From positions 1-53,810 of the IMG/VR virus record IMGVR_UViG_3300045284_000262: a stretch of 53,810 nt of DNA; one strand, 5' to 3'. Numbering within the stretch: position 1 is the first letter of the stretch; every line of letters begins with the position of its first letter. Positions 1 through 9,499 of this stretch are shown one piece after another. Below the pieces are notes generated by a model. It was given only the letters and a program-made list of their open reading frames with translations. It ran no database searches and was not told the DNA's origin. Both the position numbers and the translations under genes were made by a program. This DNA is from a virus. Lineage: Duplodnaviria > Caudoviricetes.

Positions 1-705
1 GTGACCCCGGCCCAAATCACCAACAGCGGCACATTCGTTTTTACGTGGGATCATCCATCCACCCATGCCTGGTTCGGGTCGGATGGGACGTTTGATCCCC
101 AGCATCACGAATTTATCTACCCCTTCTTTGTGACGCATGCATTTGAGCCTGGGATGTTCAGTCTTCCTTGCAGTAAGTTCACTGGCGGTCTATTTCCTCA
201 TCGTTTTTTCCCTGTAGCTCTTGGCGTGGGTGTGCCGCCTGTGCCTCCATCGACCTCAAGGAAGGGATACGTTCCAAACCCGGGATCAACTGGAGCGCAT
301 ATGTACCTGGGCAGGGACATGCTATGGCATAATTTCGTGGTCACTGATCCTTCGGCAGCGAAGCAGCCGCACGTTCCCGATGTCACAATTGTGCTGGACT
401 GGTGGGAAAAGCATGAACCCACCGATGACGATCCCGCGCTGGTCAAGGCCCATGTCACCATTCGTTCATTGCTGAAGGATTCCCGTCTGTTCTATCGGGT
501 GACGCCGCAGCACGTTATTCATCCGGATGATTTCCAGGAAGTCCTTTACGACAAAACCCCGGACGATCCCCATATCACTCTTGAGGTGAATGAATTTGAG
601 TTCATCGAGGCTTACGCCGCAAAGCAGGGGTACAACAACAGCGACATCGAACAATGGACGGTCATGACACCAATCTCAGACCTGACTCCCAACCCGCTTC
701 CATAA
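1..705 (+). CDS. Hypothetical protein in the tail/fibre cluster
   Basis: 234-aa ORF from GTG at 1, co-oriented with and abutting the fibre gene at 707. Confidence 0.7.
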   Translation: MTPAQITNSGTFVFTWDHPSTHAWFGSDGTFDPQHHEFIYPFFVTHAFEPGMFSLPCSKFTGGLFPHRFFPVALGVGVPPVPPSTSRKGYVPNPGSTGAHMYLGRDMLWHNFVVTDPSAAKQPHVPDVTIVLDWWEKHEPTDDDPALVKAHVTIRSLLKDSRLFYRVTPQHVIHPDDFQEVLYDKTPDDPHITLEVNEFEFIEAYAAKQGYNNSDIEQWTVMTPISDLTPNPLP

Positions 706-706
706 T

Positions 707-2278
707 ATGGCCACAATTCCACCACCCGACATACTCACAGGGCGCACGTTGATCTACGACGGGCTGGCTCAGAACGATATAGACATGGCGAACCATCGCC
801 TGCTCCACCTGGACACCAGCAACCTTCCACCGTCCGGTCAGCCGCCAGCGTTTCATCCTCCAGCCAATGAATGGATACACGATTTCGACATGGCAGACCC
901 GCTTGTGTGGCATTCAAGGCGGCCTCAGTTCGTGGATATTGGCCCGGACAACGGAACTCTCACTGGGGCGCAGCAATTAAGAATCACATCTCTGGGAGAC
1001 ATCCTGAGAGGCACATGGTTAGCCACTCCACTTCAACCTGACAGGGTTCCAACTCTTGATTTCATACGTCATCCACAAAACGACGTAAACCTGAACTTCA
1101 AACGCCTCATCAATGTCGCTGATCCGGTAGACCCCGGGGATGCGGTAAATATGCGTTTCATGGACGGCCTGCTGCAAGGGCTGGTTGTAAAAGAGGCCGT
1201 TAAATGCGCCACCACCAGGTCAATAACACTGCTGGGAGAGCAGATCATTGATGGTGTGCCTGCCGAAGTTGGCGACCGGGTTCTAGTAAAGGATCAACTA
1301 TCAACGCGGGATGAAAATGGCATTTACGTAGTAACAGAGTCAGGGCATTGGACTCGCAGCGATGATTGCGACACTTCCGATGAATTGCTCCGTGCTTACT
1401 GCACTGTTCTCCTAGGGGACGAGAACAGTGGCACAAGCTGGGTTCAGGTAACACCGGCTTTCGTTCATGATCCTCCGCAATACCCGCCCGATGTCATTGC
1501 GTTCGTTCAGTTTTCATCGGCTCAGTCTCTCCTGTCCAGCATTACCGCCGGTTCAGGACTGAGTGCAGACGGAACAACACTCAATGTAGGAGGAACCCCG
1601 GGGCGCATAGCTGTTAATCCAGACAATGTGGACATTGATCCAGCCTACGTGGGCCAGGATTCCATAACCACTCTTGGAGCAGTCACCACCGGCACATGGC
1701 TTGCTGACGTTATCAGCGGAGAGCGCGGTGGCACGGGTCATCCAAATTCCGGAAAGGAGATCAGTCTTGCCGGGGATTTGACCACCGCTTTCGCACTGGA
1801 TGCTCCGGATACAACTCACACCGCATCCCTGAGTTTCCTACTGATTGGAAACACCAGCCTGCGACTTCCACAGGCAGGGACAGTGGCGACAATCGGTGGC
1901 GTTGAGAATCTCACTAATAAGACCCTGGTGAAACGGGTGACAAAGATTGCCAGTAACGCCAAGCCATCTATCAACACTGAAAACGTGGATGCCTTTTGCA
2001 TCACCGCGCTGAGTGAGTCAATCGGCTCCATGAGTGACAACCTGACCGGGACGGCTATCGACAGGCAGGAGCTGGACATCTGGATTAAGCAGGCCACAGG
2101 CTCAATAGGGCCAGCATCCGGGGGATGGAACATTGTGTGGGGAACCAAATACATGGATTCCTCTGACCTTCCGTTGCCCTTACTCACAACGCCGGATGCC
2201 CAAATGTATCTGAAATTCATTTACGTAAGTGAGCTGTTTAAGTGGGTGCTCACGCAGAAACTGGACAAGATTTCATGA
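707..2278 (+). CDS. Tail fibre / virion appendage protein
   Basis: Phage fibre motif VKCATT..ITL.GEQIIDGV...GDRVLVKDQ...ENGIYVV...W.R..D; shares modules with 48696..50258 and 45422..46879. Confidence 0.8.
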   Translation: MATIPPPDILTGRTLIYDGLAQNDIDMANHRLLHLDTSNLPPSGQPPAFHPPANEWIHDFDMADPLVWHSRRPQFVDIGPDNGTLTGAQQLRITSLGDILRGTWLATPLQPDRVPTLDFIRHPQNDVNLNFKRLINVADPVDPGDAVNMRFMDGLLQGLVVKEAVKCATTRSITLLGEQIIDGVPAEVGDRVLVKDQLSTRDENGIYVVTESGHWTRSDDCDTSDELLRAYCTVLLGDENSGTSWVQVTPAFVHDPPQYPPDVIAFVQFSSAQSLLSSITAGSGLSADGTTLNVGGTPGRIAVNPDNVDIDPAYVGQDSITTLGAVTTGTWLADVISGERGGTGHPNSGKEISLAGDLTTAFALDAPDTTHTASLSFLLIGNTSLRLPQAGTVATIGGVENLTNKTLVKRVTKIASNAKPSINTENVDAFCITALSESIGSMSDNLTGTAIDRQELDIWIKQATGSIGPASGGWNIVWGTKYMDSSDLPLPLLTTPDAQMYLKFIYVSELFKWVLTQKLDKIS

Positions 2279-4125
2279 CCCAACAGCAACTGGACTTAAT
2301 GATGAAGCAGCTGGGGATGTCATCCGACCCCGGGATTGAACCTCCGCCGCTTCCTTCTCCCCCGCCTGGAGCACCACTGGGGCCGCACCAGGGTGTTGAT
2401 GTTCCTCCCAGCACGTTTCAGGGGAATTATTTTCCACCCAATGTTCCACATGCCGGGATCAGCGTTCCTCCCGGAGTGTTTCCTCCTCCTCCCGTTATTG
2501 CCCCTGATGTCCCCGGGCAGGTCAATGTCTTTTCTGAAACCAACCCTCCCAACGTAACTTTCCCGCCTAACTACTGGGGCGGAGAACTTCCCCCGATCAA
2601 TACCAATGATCCCACCAGGAACATCGCTACGAACGAAACGATGTATCCTGATGGAAAGTTCTTCCTGGGCGATCCTGATACCTCCTACGCTACTCAGCCA
2701 GGTTTACAGGAAGAACCAATGCCAAATTTCCCCAACGCTCCTCCGGGTGGGGACTTTGCATTCTCCCAGAATTTCATAGACCAGATCAATCCTCCCACAA
2801 ATGAGAGCATGATTCCCGCATCAGGTGATTACGCCGCGAGGAATTTTGTCGATGATACAGTCACGTTCGGTGGTAACGCAGCAAGCCCCGGGGATCAGAC
2901 TTATTCCCTTGCTAATGATGCCAATACTACAGCACCTCCTCCACCTCAGTCCGGAGACTACTTTGGGCAAAACAGTTTCGACGTTCCATTTGGCGGGAGT
3001 GCAGCGCACGTTCCCTCGATCTTCCCAGCGGAGGGTGCCTATCTTCCAGGTGAGTATGAGAGATTCATGTACGGCGATACCTGGACTGCTGGCAACGACA
3101 CAGGCGGCAGTGCACCAGCAGAAGGAGCCACATACGACGACCAGGGAAACCAGATTCCTGCTGGCCCGGCATCATTTCCTCTGAACACTCCAGTCACTGG
3201 AGCTAATGGTGCAGTAGGAAGTTCTTATTCTGGAAGTCCATCAGGTGGCAGTGCTCCTTTTGTGGGAGGCGGAGAAGGTGCAGTCGGGCCGGGTGGTGGC
3301 CCGGTAATAGACCCCAGGACAGGGGAACCCGTTGCTGGAAGTTTACTCAGCGAATCTGATGCGGCCAAGCGTTATAACATGGAGAAGTTCGCTGGCGATC
3401 CCAGGTATTCGATGTCGAGCATACTTCACCCCGGACAAACGTTCGTTCATTTGTTGTCCGATGGAACCAGGGTTCTTGTTGATGCCGCTGGCAAGATCGT
3501 CCAGGGAGGCATTCAGGCGGGCAAGGATTTGTGGAGCAACATCCTGAATGACCCGCGCAACACCGATCCGGGATACCTGGCTTCCATTGGTTACCATGAA
3601 ATGGGGCCAGAAGGCAGTGGGTTCATGCTTCCTGCTGGCGTAACCGGGCCTTCCGTGGGAACGGGCGACATCGGCGTTCGCGGAGCAATCCAGGGTGGCA
3701 GCTATTTCCATGGCGGAGCAAGTGCAGGAGCGCAGCATGGCGCAACCTCAGTAGCAGGAGCGACATACAACCTTGGTGGCAGCGGGCCTGTAAATGCCGG
3801 TGCAATCGGTTCTCGCTCCGGAGCCTTGAGTCTGCTGGACAGGCAATACCTGATGAGGTTGAAGAAAGGCGTTTACACCACTCCAACGCAATACGGGGAA
3901 CGGGTCGCGGGAGCACCAAGTCCATTCCCAAACACTCCAAGCCCTGTCGCTGGCGGCAGCAACTGGAATGCCTTCCATGCTGGCCAGGTTCAACTGGGAG
4001 ACATCCTGCGCGCCAATCCCGCCTACTACTCCAGCTTGACCACCCCCATGCCCAAGACCGGTTTGGGGCCGAGCACCCCAGGGGAACGCCTGAGTCGCGG
4101 AACACCACCAAATTTACCTACATGA
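2275..4125 (+). CDS. Pro/Gly-rich, probably disordered virion-associated protein
   Basis: Long ORF; ATG 2275 overlaps the upstream TGA (ATGA) and its stop overlaps the next ATG; low-complexity P/G/N/D content. Confidence 0.7.
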   Translation: MTQQQLDLMMKQLGMSSDPGIEPPPLPSPPPGAPLGPHQGVDVPPSTFQGNYFPPNVPHAGISVPPGVFPPPPVIAPDVPGQVNVFSETNPPNVTFPPNYWGGELPPINTNDPTRNIATNETMYPDGKFFLGDPDTSYATQPGLQEEPMPNFPNAPPGGDFAFSQNFIDQINPPTNESMIPASGDYAARNFVDDTVTFGGNAASPGDQTYSLANDANTTAPPPPQSGDYFGQNSFDVPFGGSAAHVPSIFPAEGAYLPGEYERFMYGDTWTAGNDTGGSAPAEGATYDDQGNQIPAGPASFPLNTPVTGANGAVGSSYSGSPSGGSAPFVGGGEGAVGPGGGPVIDPRTGEPVAGSLLSESDAAKRYNMEKFAGDPRYSMSSILHPGQTFVHLLSDGTRVLVDAAGKIVQGGIQAGKDLWSNILNDPRNTDPGYLASIGYHEMGPEGSGFMLPAGVTGPSVGTGDIGVRGAIQGGSYFHGGASAGAQHGATSVAGATYNLGGSGPVNAGAIGSRSGALSLLDRQYLMRLKKGVYTTPTQYGERVAGAPSPFPNTPSPVAGGSNWNAFHAGQVQLGDILRANPAYYSSLTTPMPKTGLGPSTPGERLSRGTPPNLPT

Positions 4126-5993
4126 TTACTGACAAGAACAGAGTCTTTGATGGTTGGCTGACACTGGAGGGCGGCGTGGATGCAGGCCGCCTTCCGGACA
4201 CACTGGAGGTCAATCAGGCTTACGAGGGGCGCAATGTGACCTTCCGTGGTGGCAGCATGAAGACTCGCCCGGGGTTCAGAAAACTGGATGAAACCTTTGC
4301 CCAGCTCAACATTCAGAAATGGTGCTTCAATGAAGCGCACACATATCCCACTCCAGCACCCGCTCGGGACTTCATTGAGGGAGAATACAGGCCGGGCAAT
4401 ATCCCGCTGGGATCGCTTGTTCCTATCGGAACCTGCCGGTTCCATGCTGAACCCTCGCATCCTGAAAACATCCTCGTCAGCGTTGCCCATAACCTGGTGG
4501 CCAATGACCTGGTAAAGTTTACCACGACAGGGTCGCTTCCTCCGAACGTCAACACGACCACGGTGTATCATGTCCTGGTAGAAGGGCTGACCGCAACCAA
4601 GCTGCGGATTTCCCTTACCGAAGGAGGCCCGGCGATTGGGTTCAACCACTCCGGCACAGGCGTCCATACGATCCTGAAGCACTCCACCATTGATCCCTGG
4701 TTCACTAATCAGAACTCGGAGTACATCTACAAGCACGGCATCCTGCAAAGCGCAGTCGCCTATTCCCCGCACAATGGGGACGACTGCATCATCGCCATGA
4801 TCGGTGGTCGCATGTTCAGGATTGTCCCGCGTGTCACCGAAGCCAAAGTCACTGAAGTCATCATCCAGGACGAAGGGCGCGACCTACGCAACATGTCTGA
4901 TTCCCCCATCGCTTACATGGTGCAGGCCGACAAATGGCTAATCGCGCAGGATGGAAAAGCCAACGCCATCATCTACGATTCAGTCAAGGCGCGCAGGGCC
5001 AAGGTCAGCGTTGACGTTGACAACACTGAGATTCCTACCGGAACCATCATGGCCTACGGGATGGGACGACTCTGCGTGATCGTGAACAAGCGCGAGGTGG
5101 CTTTTGGTGATCTCCATGGAAGCCACGATCTTCCTGATGCTGCCGATTCATTGATCCTGTTCACCGAGCGCAACTTTCTGGCCGAAGGTTTTGATGCCGC
5201 TATTCCGTTTACCCAGGGTATAGCCACCGGGATGATCTTCTTCCCGCAGCTGGACACCTCTACTGGTAACGGCCAGCTCATGGTGTTTGCCGAGCGTGGA
5301 GCCACCAGCTTTTTCTTGTCGCTGCCGCGTGAGCTTTGGAAGACTTCATCTTTTCAAATCCTGGCACTTCTTACCACCGGGCTTCGGGGACATCGCTCCA
5401 TCTCTGTGGTGAACGAAGACCTCTGGTTCAGGTCGGATGACGGCATGCGTTCCTACCGCCAGGCGCGCAGCGAGCAGAGCGGCTGGGCGCACATCCCGCT
5501 GTCCACAAACATGAAACAATACCTGGGGAACGACAGCGACTTCCTGCTTAAATACGCTTCCGCCATCTACTTCGATAACCGCGTGCTGGTGACCACTTCA
5601 CCCATGTGGAACAACGGCAGGCCCATGCACGCAGGGATGGCGGTGGTGGATTTTGATGTCATCAGTTCCTTCAGCGGTGGACAGCCACAGCAAATCACCA
5701 AGCCAGCGTGGGAAGGCCAATGGTACAGTGACCAGTTTAATCCCACCACCATGCTGACGGGGACGTTCCAAGGGGTTACGCGTGCATTTATCTTTGGAAT
5801 AAACAACGAAGGAGAGAACCAGCTTTACGAGCTGTCGAAAGATGACAAGGACGATTTTGATGATACGCGCATCAACTGGGACATGACCACCCGTTCCTTC
5901 GATTTCAATAAACTTAACCCGCAGGACTCCACCGTGTTCACTGAGAATGAACTCTATGATGGCGACCTGTGGCTGAAGGACATTGTCGAATGA
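4122..5993 (+). CDS. Tail nozzle / stabilisation protein (P22 gp10- or T7 gp12-like), N-terminal part
   Basis: N-terminal GGVD...L..NQ....NV.FRGG..KTRPGF pattern, beta-rich body, position before adaptor and ejection genes; family call is inference. Confidence 0.6.
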   Translation: MITDKNRVFDGWLTLEGGVDAGRLPDTLEVNQAYEGRNVTFRGGSMKTRPGFRKLDETFAQLNIQKWCFNEAHTYPTPAPARDFIEGEYRPGNIPLGSLVPIGTCRFHAEPSHPENILVSVAHNLVANDLVKFTTTGSLPPNVNTTTVYHVLVEGLTATKLRISLTEGGPAIGFNHSGTGVHTILKHSTIDPWFTNQNSEYIYKHGILQSAVAYSPHNGDDCIIAMIGGRMFRIVPRVTEAKVTEVIIQDEGRDLRNMSDSPIAYMVQADKWLIAQDGKANAIIYDSVKARRAKVSVDVDNTEIPTGTIMAYGMGRLCVIVNKREVAFGDLHGSHDLPDAADSLILFTERNFLAEGFDAAIPFTQGIATGMIFFPQLDTSTGNGQLMVFAERGATSFFLSLPRELWKTSSFQILALLTTGLRGHRSISVVNEDLWFRSDDGMRSYRQARSEQSGWAHIPLSTNMKQYLGNDSDFLLKYASAIYFDNRVLVTTSPMWNNGRPMHAGMAVVDFDVISSFSGGQPQQITKPAWEGQWYSDQFNPTTMLTGTFQGVTRAFIFGINNEGENQLYELSKDDKDDFDDTRINWDMTTRSFDFNKLNPQDSTVFTENELYDGDLWLKDIVE

Positions 5994-6307
5994 GCCACGA
6001 TTTACGCATTTATTACCGTCCGGATAATTACCCATACTGGACTCTCTGGAGGGACTTTACCGACAAGTTCACCATGATCGGCAAGGCCGGGGCTATTGAC
6101 GCAGGTGGAGTGCCCACGGTGAAAGCCGGGTTTGCGCCCCGAGTTCCTCTGGGCAAGCCCCAGAACGACGTTGACCTAACGACAGGCCGGAGGTTACGCC
6201 GGGGTTACGATTTCCAAGTTAAATTTGTCGGCACCGGCCATGTCGTCATCGACCGATTCAGGCTCCACGCCCAGAGACTGGTCGAAAGAAGCCTAGCGAA
6301 AACCTGA
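5990..6307 (+). CDS. Small beta-rich protein, probably the separated C-terminal part of the nozzle protein
   Basis: ATG 5990 in ATGA overlap; YYRPDNYPYW...RGYDFQVKFVGTG resembles nozzle C-terminal strands. Confidence 0.55.
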   Translation: MSHDLRIYYRPDNYPYWTLWRDFTDKFTMIGKAGAIDAGGVPTVKAGFAPRVPLGKPQNDVDLTTGRRLRRGYDFQVKFVGTGHVVIDRFRLHAQRLVERSLAKT

Positions 6308-6310
6308 CCT

Positions 6311-7066
6311 ATGCCTAATCCAACCGTTTCAACTCAAATCACGATGCCCGACCCCAACGCGGCACCGTTAAACCTCATACAGCTCTTTCAGTTGATGAAC
6401 CTGCATCTCCATTCGGAGATCACCAGCAACTACACTCCTTACGTCCTTCAGAATGGCGAACCGGATGTGTCAGACCAGGACAAGGTGTGGTTCCAGCTCG
6501 ACTCACAGGGCCGCCCATTGGCCATCAAAGTGCATTGGAATGGCACATGGCGTCGTATCTACAACGGCATGATGAATGAAATCCGGGGTTACAGCGGCAA
6601 CCCCGGCACCGACTTTGACGCCACCGGCTGGGGCAAAATAGGCGGTGAATACGACGGCTGGCATCTGTGCAACGGCAACGATGGCGCACCGGATTACAGC
6701 GACCAGTTTCCGATAGGCGCGCACATGAACAATGAAGGCCACTCAGGTTACGTGGACAACGAGTGGGTGAGCTGGGTCGGAACCAAGACCGGAATGCATG
6801 TTGGCGGAGGGCATGAAATCACCATGACCAGTGATACTGCGTGGCAGCCTTCTAGTGGAGCTATCGTTGTAGATAAATGGAAAGCTGATGGCAATGCACG
6901 CGATCCAGCTGGGCAGCTATGGGGTAAACATTCGGACGCAACGCCTACTGCCGATACTGTAATACTTGTCGATGCAGTTAATGGAAACCTTGAGCCGTCG
7001 CCAATTTCAATCATCCCTCCCTTTGTGGCACTAGCTTGGATAATCTTCCTGGGATACCGAACATGA
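6311..7066 (+). CDS. Tail collar domain protein
   Basis: GWHLCNGNDGAPDYSDQFPIGA and C-terminal IIPPFVALAWII match the phage tail collar consensus. Confidence 0.75.
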   Translation: MPNPTVSTQITMPDPNAAPLNLIQLFQLMNLHLHSEITSNYTPYVLQNGEPDVSDQDKVWFQLDSQGRPLAIKVHWNGTWRRIYNGMMNEIRGYSGNPGTDFDATGWGKIGGEYDGWHLCNGNDGAPDYSDQFPIGAHMNNEGHSGYVDNEWVSWVGTKTGMHVGGGHEITMTSDTAWQPSSGAIVVDKWKADGNARDPAGQLWGKHSDATPTADTVILVDAVNGNLEPSPISIIPPFVALAWIIFLGYRT

Positions 7067-8496
7067 TTACATCACCAGATTCAGTAGACGCGGCGGATAT
7101 TGTGTTTCCGCCACCGCAGGATTTTCTTCCAATCCCCGGGGGAATGCAGTTCAAGGACGTTGCTCCCATGATTGCAGGAGTCGTGGACAATGGCGTGGGC
7201 TTTGATGACCCGCGTGTCCTAGTTCGCTTGAACGAGGCCACGAAAATTATCCTGGATTACATGATCCCCGTGGGCGGCATGATGGTCTGCAATATCACCG
7301 CCATAAGCCGGTTCCTGGTGCTGCCTCCCAATATGGAGAACATCATCGAGGCGCACCCGCTGACTCCAGTCGATTCCACTGCTGCCTACGGGAACAAGGA
7401 CACTACTCAGGTCTGGTATGAGATGGTGAGCCAGTCGGCGTATCTCGATCCGTCACAGGCCATGGACAATCCGCTGCTGGATTTCGGCCTGAACGGCAAC
7501 CCAACCGACCCGGAGGATGTGAGGAGGATTTACTTCTACCCCGGACTTAACCCAGCCAATGCGGTGATCCAGGTGACCGGAGCGAAGCGTTACCTCCCGC
7601 TCAAAGGTGACGAGGACTACCTCATCATCCAGAACATCGAAGCCATTAAGTGCATCATCCTTTCCATTGAGCGTTACGAGAACAACGCCCCGGACGAGGC
7701 CCAGAAATACCGCCAGAGCGGGATAGACATCCTTCAGGCCGAGATCAAGAAGCACCTCTTTGATCCCCGCAACTACATGCATCGGAAGTCCGGGTATCTG
7801 GAGGACATCGTGGACTTCAGGGAAAACACCCTGGGCTGGGTGCGCGCGCAAATCGCGCTCGACCTCCCGGAAGCCCTCCGGATGTCCAAGCGCGACCTCA
7901 CCTGGACAATCCAGCAGGCCGAGCGCAGGCTCATGGAGCGCGGAATCTGGAAAGACACCGTGGTCACCATCCATGGGACGGTGCTTGGCGGCCTCCTTTA
8001 TATGCCCACCAGCGTTGAATCGGTTCTGGCGGTTGATCTTTGCGGCAGGCCAATTCCTATCAGGAGCCAGTTCTTCCAGTTCCTGGAGAACGGGCCAGGG
8101 GGTGCTTCATGCAGCAACATGCTTATTGACCAGGGCAACAAGCAGCAGCCTGGGTTTGCCGCGCCACGCCGGGCCTACAAGCTGGTCGCCAACTGCGACA
8201 CAGGATCGAGCTTTACCGCCGTATGCAAACTGAAGTGGGTTTTGAAAGACCCCGGGGACATGATGAGCATCAAGAACTACGAGGCCATCAGGTTAATGGT
8301 GCAGGCCAAAATACTTGAGGAACCTCAGACCCCGCCCAACCCTCAGGCCGCGCAGGAGTCCATGATGAAGCAGCAGGTGGCCCTGGACATTTTGGACAAG
8401 GAACTCAAAAACTACCTGTCTGGAATCAGGCACACCGTTCACATCCAGACTTACGGTTTTGGCATGCAGGACGTTGGTAATTACTGGAGTCGATAA
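7063..8496 (+). CDS. Structural protein with tandem-duplicated domain (putative tail adaptor, tubular protein A-like)
   Basis: ATG 7063 in ATGA overlap; two similar halves (LKGDEDYLIIQNIEAIK..DILQAEIKKHL vs LKDPGDMMSIKNYEAIR..DILDKELKNYL). Confidence 0.55.
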   Translation: MITSPDSVDAADIVFPPPQDFLPIPGGMQFKDVAPMIAGVVDNGVGFDDPRVLVRLNEATKIILDYMIPVGGMMVCNITAISRFLVLPPNMENIIEAHPLTPVDSTAAYGNKDTTQVWYEMVSQSAYLDPSQAMDNPLLDFGLNGNPTDPEDVRRIYFYPGLNPANAVIQVTGAKRYLPLKGDEDYLIIQNIEAIKCIILSIERYENNAPDEAQKYRQSGIDILQAEIKKHLFDPRNYMHRKSGYLEDIVDFRENTLGWVRAQIALDLPEALRMSKRDLTWTIQQAERRLMERGIWKDTVVTIHGTVLGGLLYMPTSVESVLAVDLCGRPIPIRSQFFQFLENGPGGASCSNMLIDQGNKQQPGFAAPRRAYKLVANCDTGSSFTAVCKLKWVLKDPGDMMSIKNYEAIRLMVQAKILEEPQTPPNPQAAQESMMKQQVALDILDKELKNYLSGIRHTVHIQTYGFGMQDVGNYWSR

Positions 8497-8498
8497 TT

Positions 8499-9497
8499 AT
8501 GACATTCCCCGAAATGATTCACGGCGCGAAGCCTGAGGTCGCGCCATTTGAAGCCACTAACCCCATTGAGGAGTTGATGAAACTCCTGACCGGGGAAATC
8601 AAGGACTGGCCCCAGATTCAGAAACTGGGTGACATGTTCCAGAGTGACGTCTTCCAGAAGATGTCCCAGGCTGGGCTTGACCTCAAAAGTCTCATCAGTG
8701 CCGGTGGAGAGAATGCCGCCCAGACCCTGAAGAACGCTCTGTCGCTCCAGAAGGGGATCATGCCCGACCTGGATTTGAAGGCTAATCTCCGGGGCAGCGC
8801 GTTTCAAAACCTTAGCAGCGGGCTGCTGGGCAGCATGGCGGGGACAGCTAACAGCCTTCGCAACGTCGGCCTCGGCGCGTATGAGGCAATGAAACAGGGA
8901 GTAGGCATGGCGTCTGAAGCAGGTAACGCCGTGCAGAGATGGATGGGGATTTCACAGGGGACAATGCTGCCAGCGTCTTCCCAGCTCTACAGCCCTGAAT
9001 GGTTCAGCCAGTTCATGGCGCAGCAGCGCGCAGCAAAGCAGGCCACCAAGCAGTTCCAGAACAATGTGAACGCAGCTCCCGACCCCGTGGTTTCCGGAAT
9101 TGCGGGAACGGTAATGAACCTGGTGGGCGCATACCTTGGAGCTGGCAGGGGAGGCGGAGGCAATATGCTTGGAACGACTGATTATACTAAACTGGGAGCA
9201 GGTGGCTACGCAGGAACAGCCGTGAACCAGGGCAGTAATGCTGACGTCATGGGCGGCGTAGTAGGAGGAACTGATGGCCCGGGTGGAAACTACGGAGGCA
9301 CCAGCATCTATAACGCAACCACGGGTGGTTGGAACACGCCCTGGGGAACCAATGTGGGTGGAACCGATATTCCGTACATAGGAGGAAACGTGAGCACTCC
9401 TTCCGGAGCGAGTTACGGGCAGGGGTCAACGCCTGTGGCACCACCGCCAAGTGTCTTTAATTCAACGCCGTCACAACAATTCTGGGGGGAAGCATAA
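8499..9497 (+). CDS. Putative internal virion / DNA ejection (pilot) protein
   Basis: Ala/Gly/Gln-rich helical protein with Gly-rich hydrophobic segment, located after adaptor genes. Confidence 0.55.
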   Translation: MTFPEMIHGAKPEVAPFEATNPIEELMKLLTGEIKDWPQIQKLGDMFQSDVFQKMSQAGLDLKSLISAGGENAAQTLKNALSLQKGIMPDLDLKANLRGSAFQNLSSGLLGSMAGTANSLRNVGLGAYEAMKQGVGMASEAGNAVQRWMGISQGTMLPASSQLYSPEWFSQFMAQQRAAKQATKQFQNNVNAAPDPVVSGIAGTVMNLVGAYLGAGRGGGGNMLGTTDYTKLGAGGYAGTAVNQGSNADVMGGVVGGTDGPGGNYGGTSIYNATTGGWNTPWGTNVGGTDIPYIGGNVSTPSGASYGQGSTPVAPPPSVFNSTPSQQFWGEA

Positions 9498-9499
9498 TT

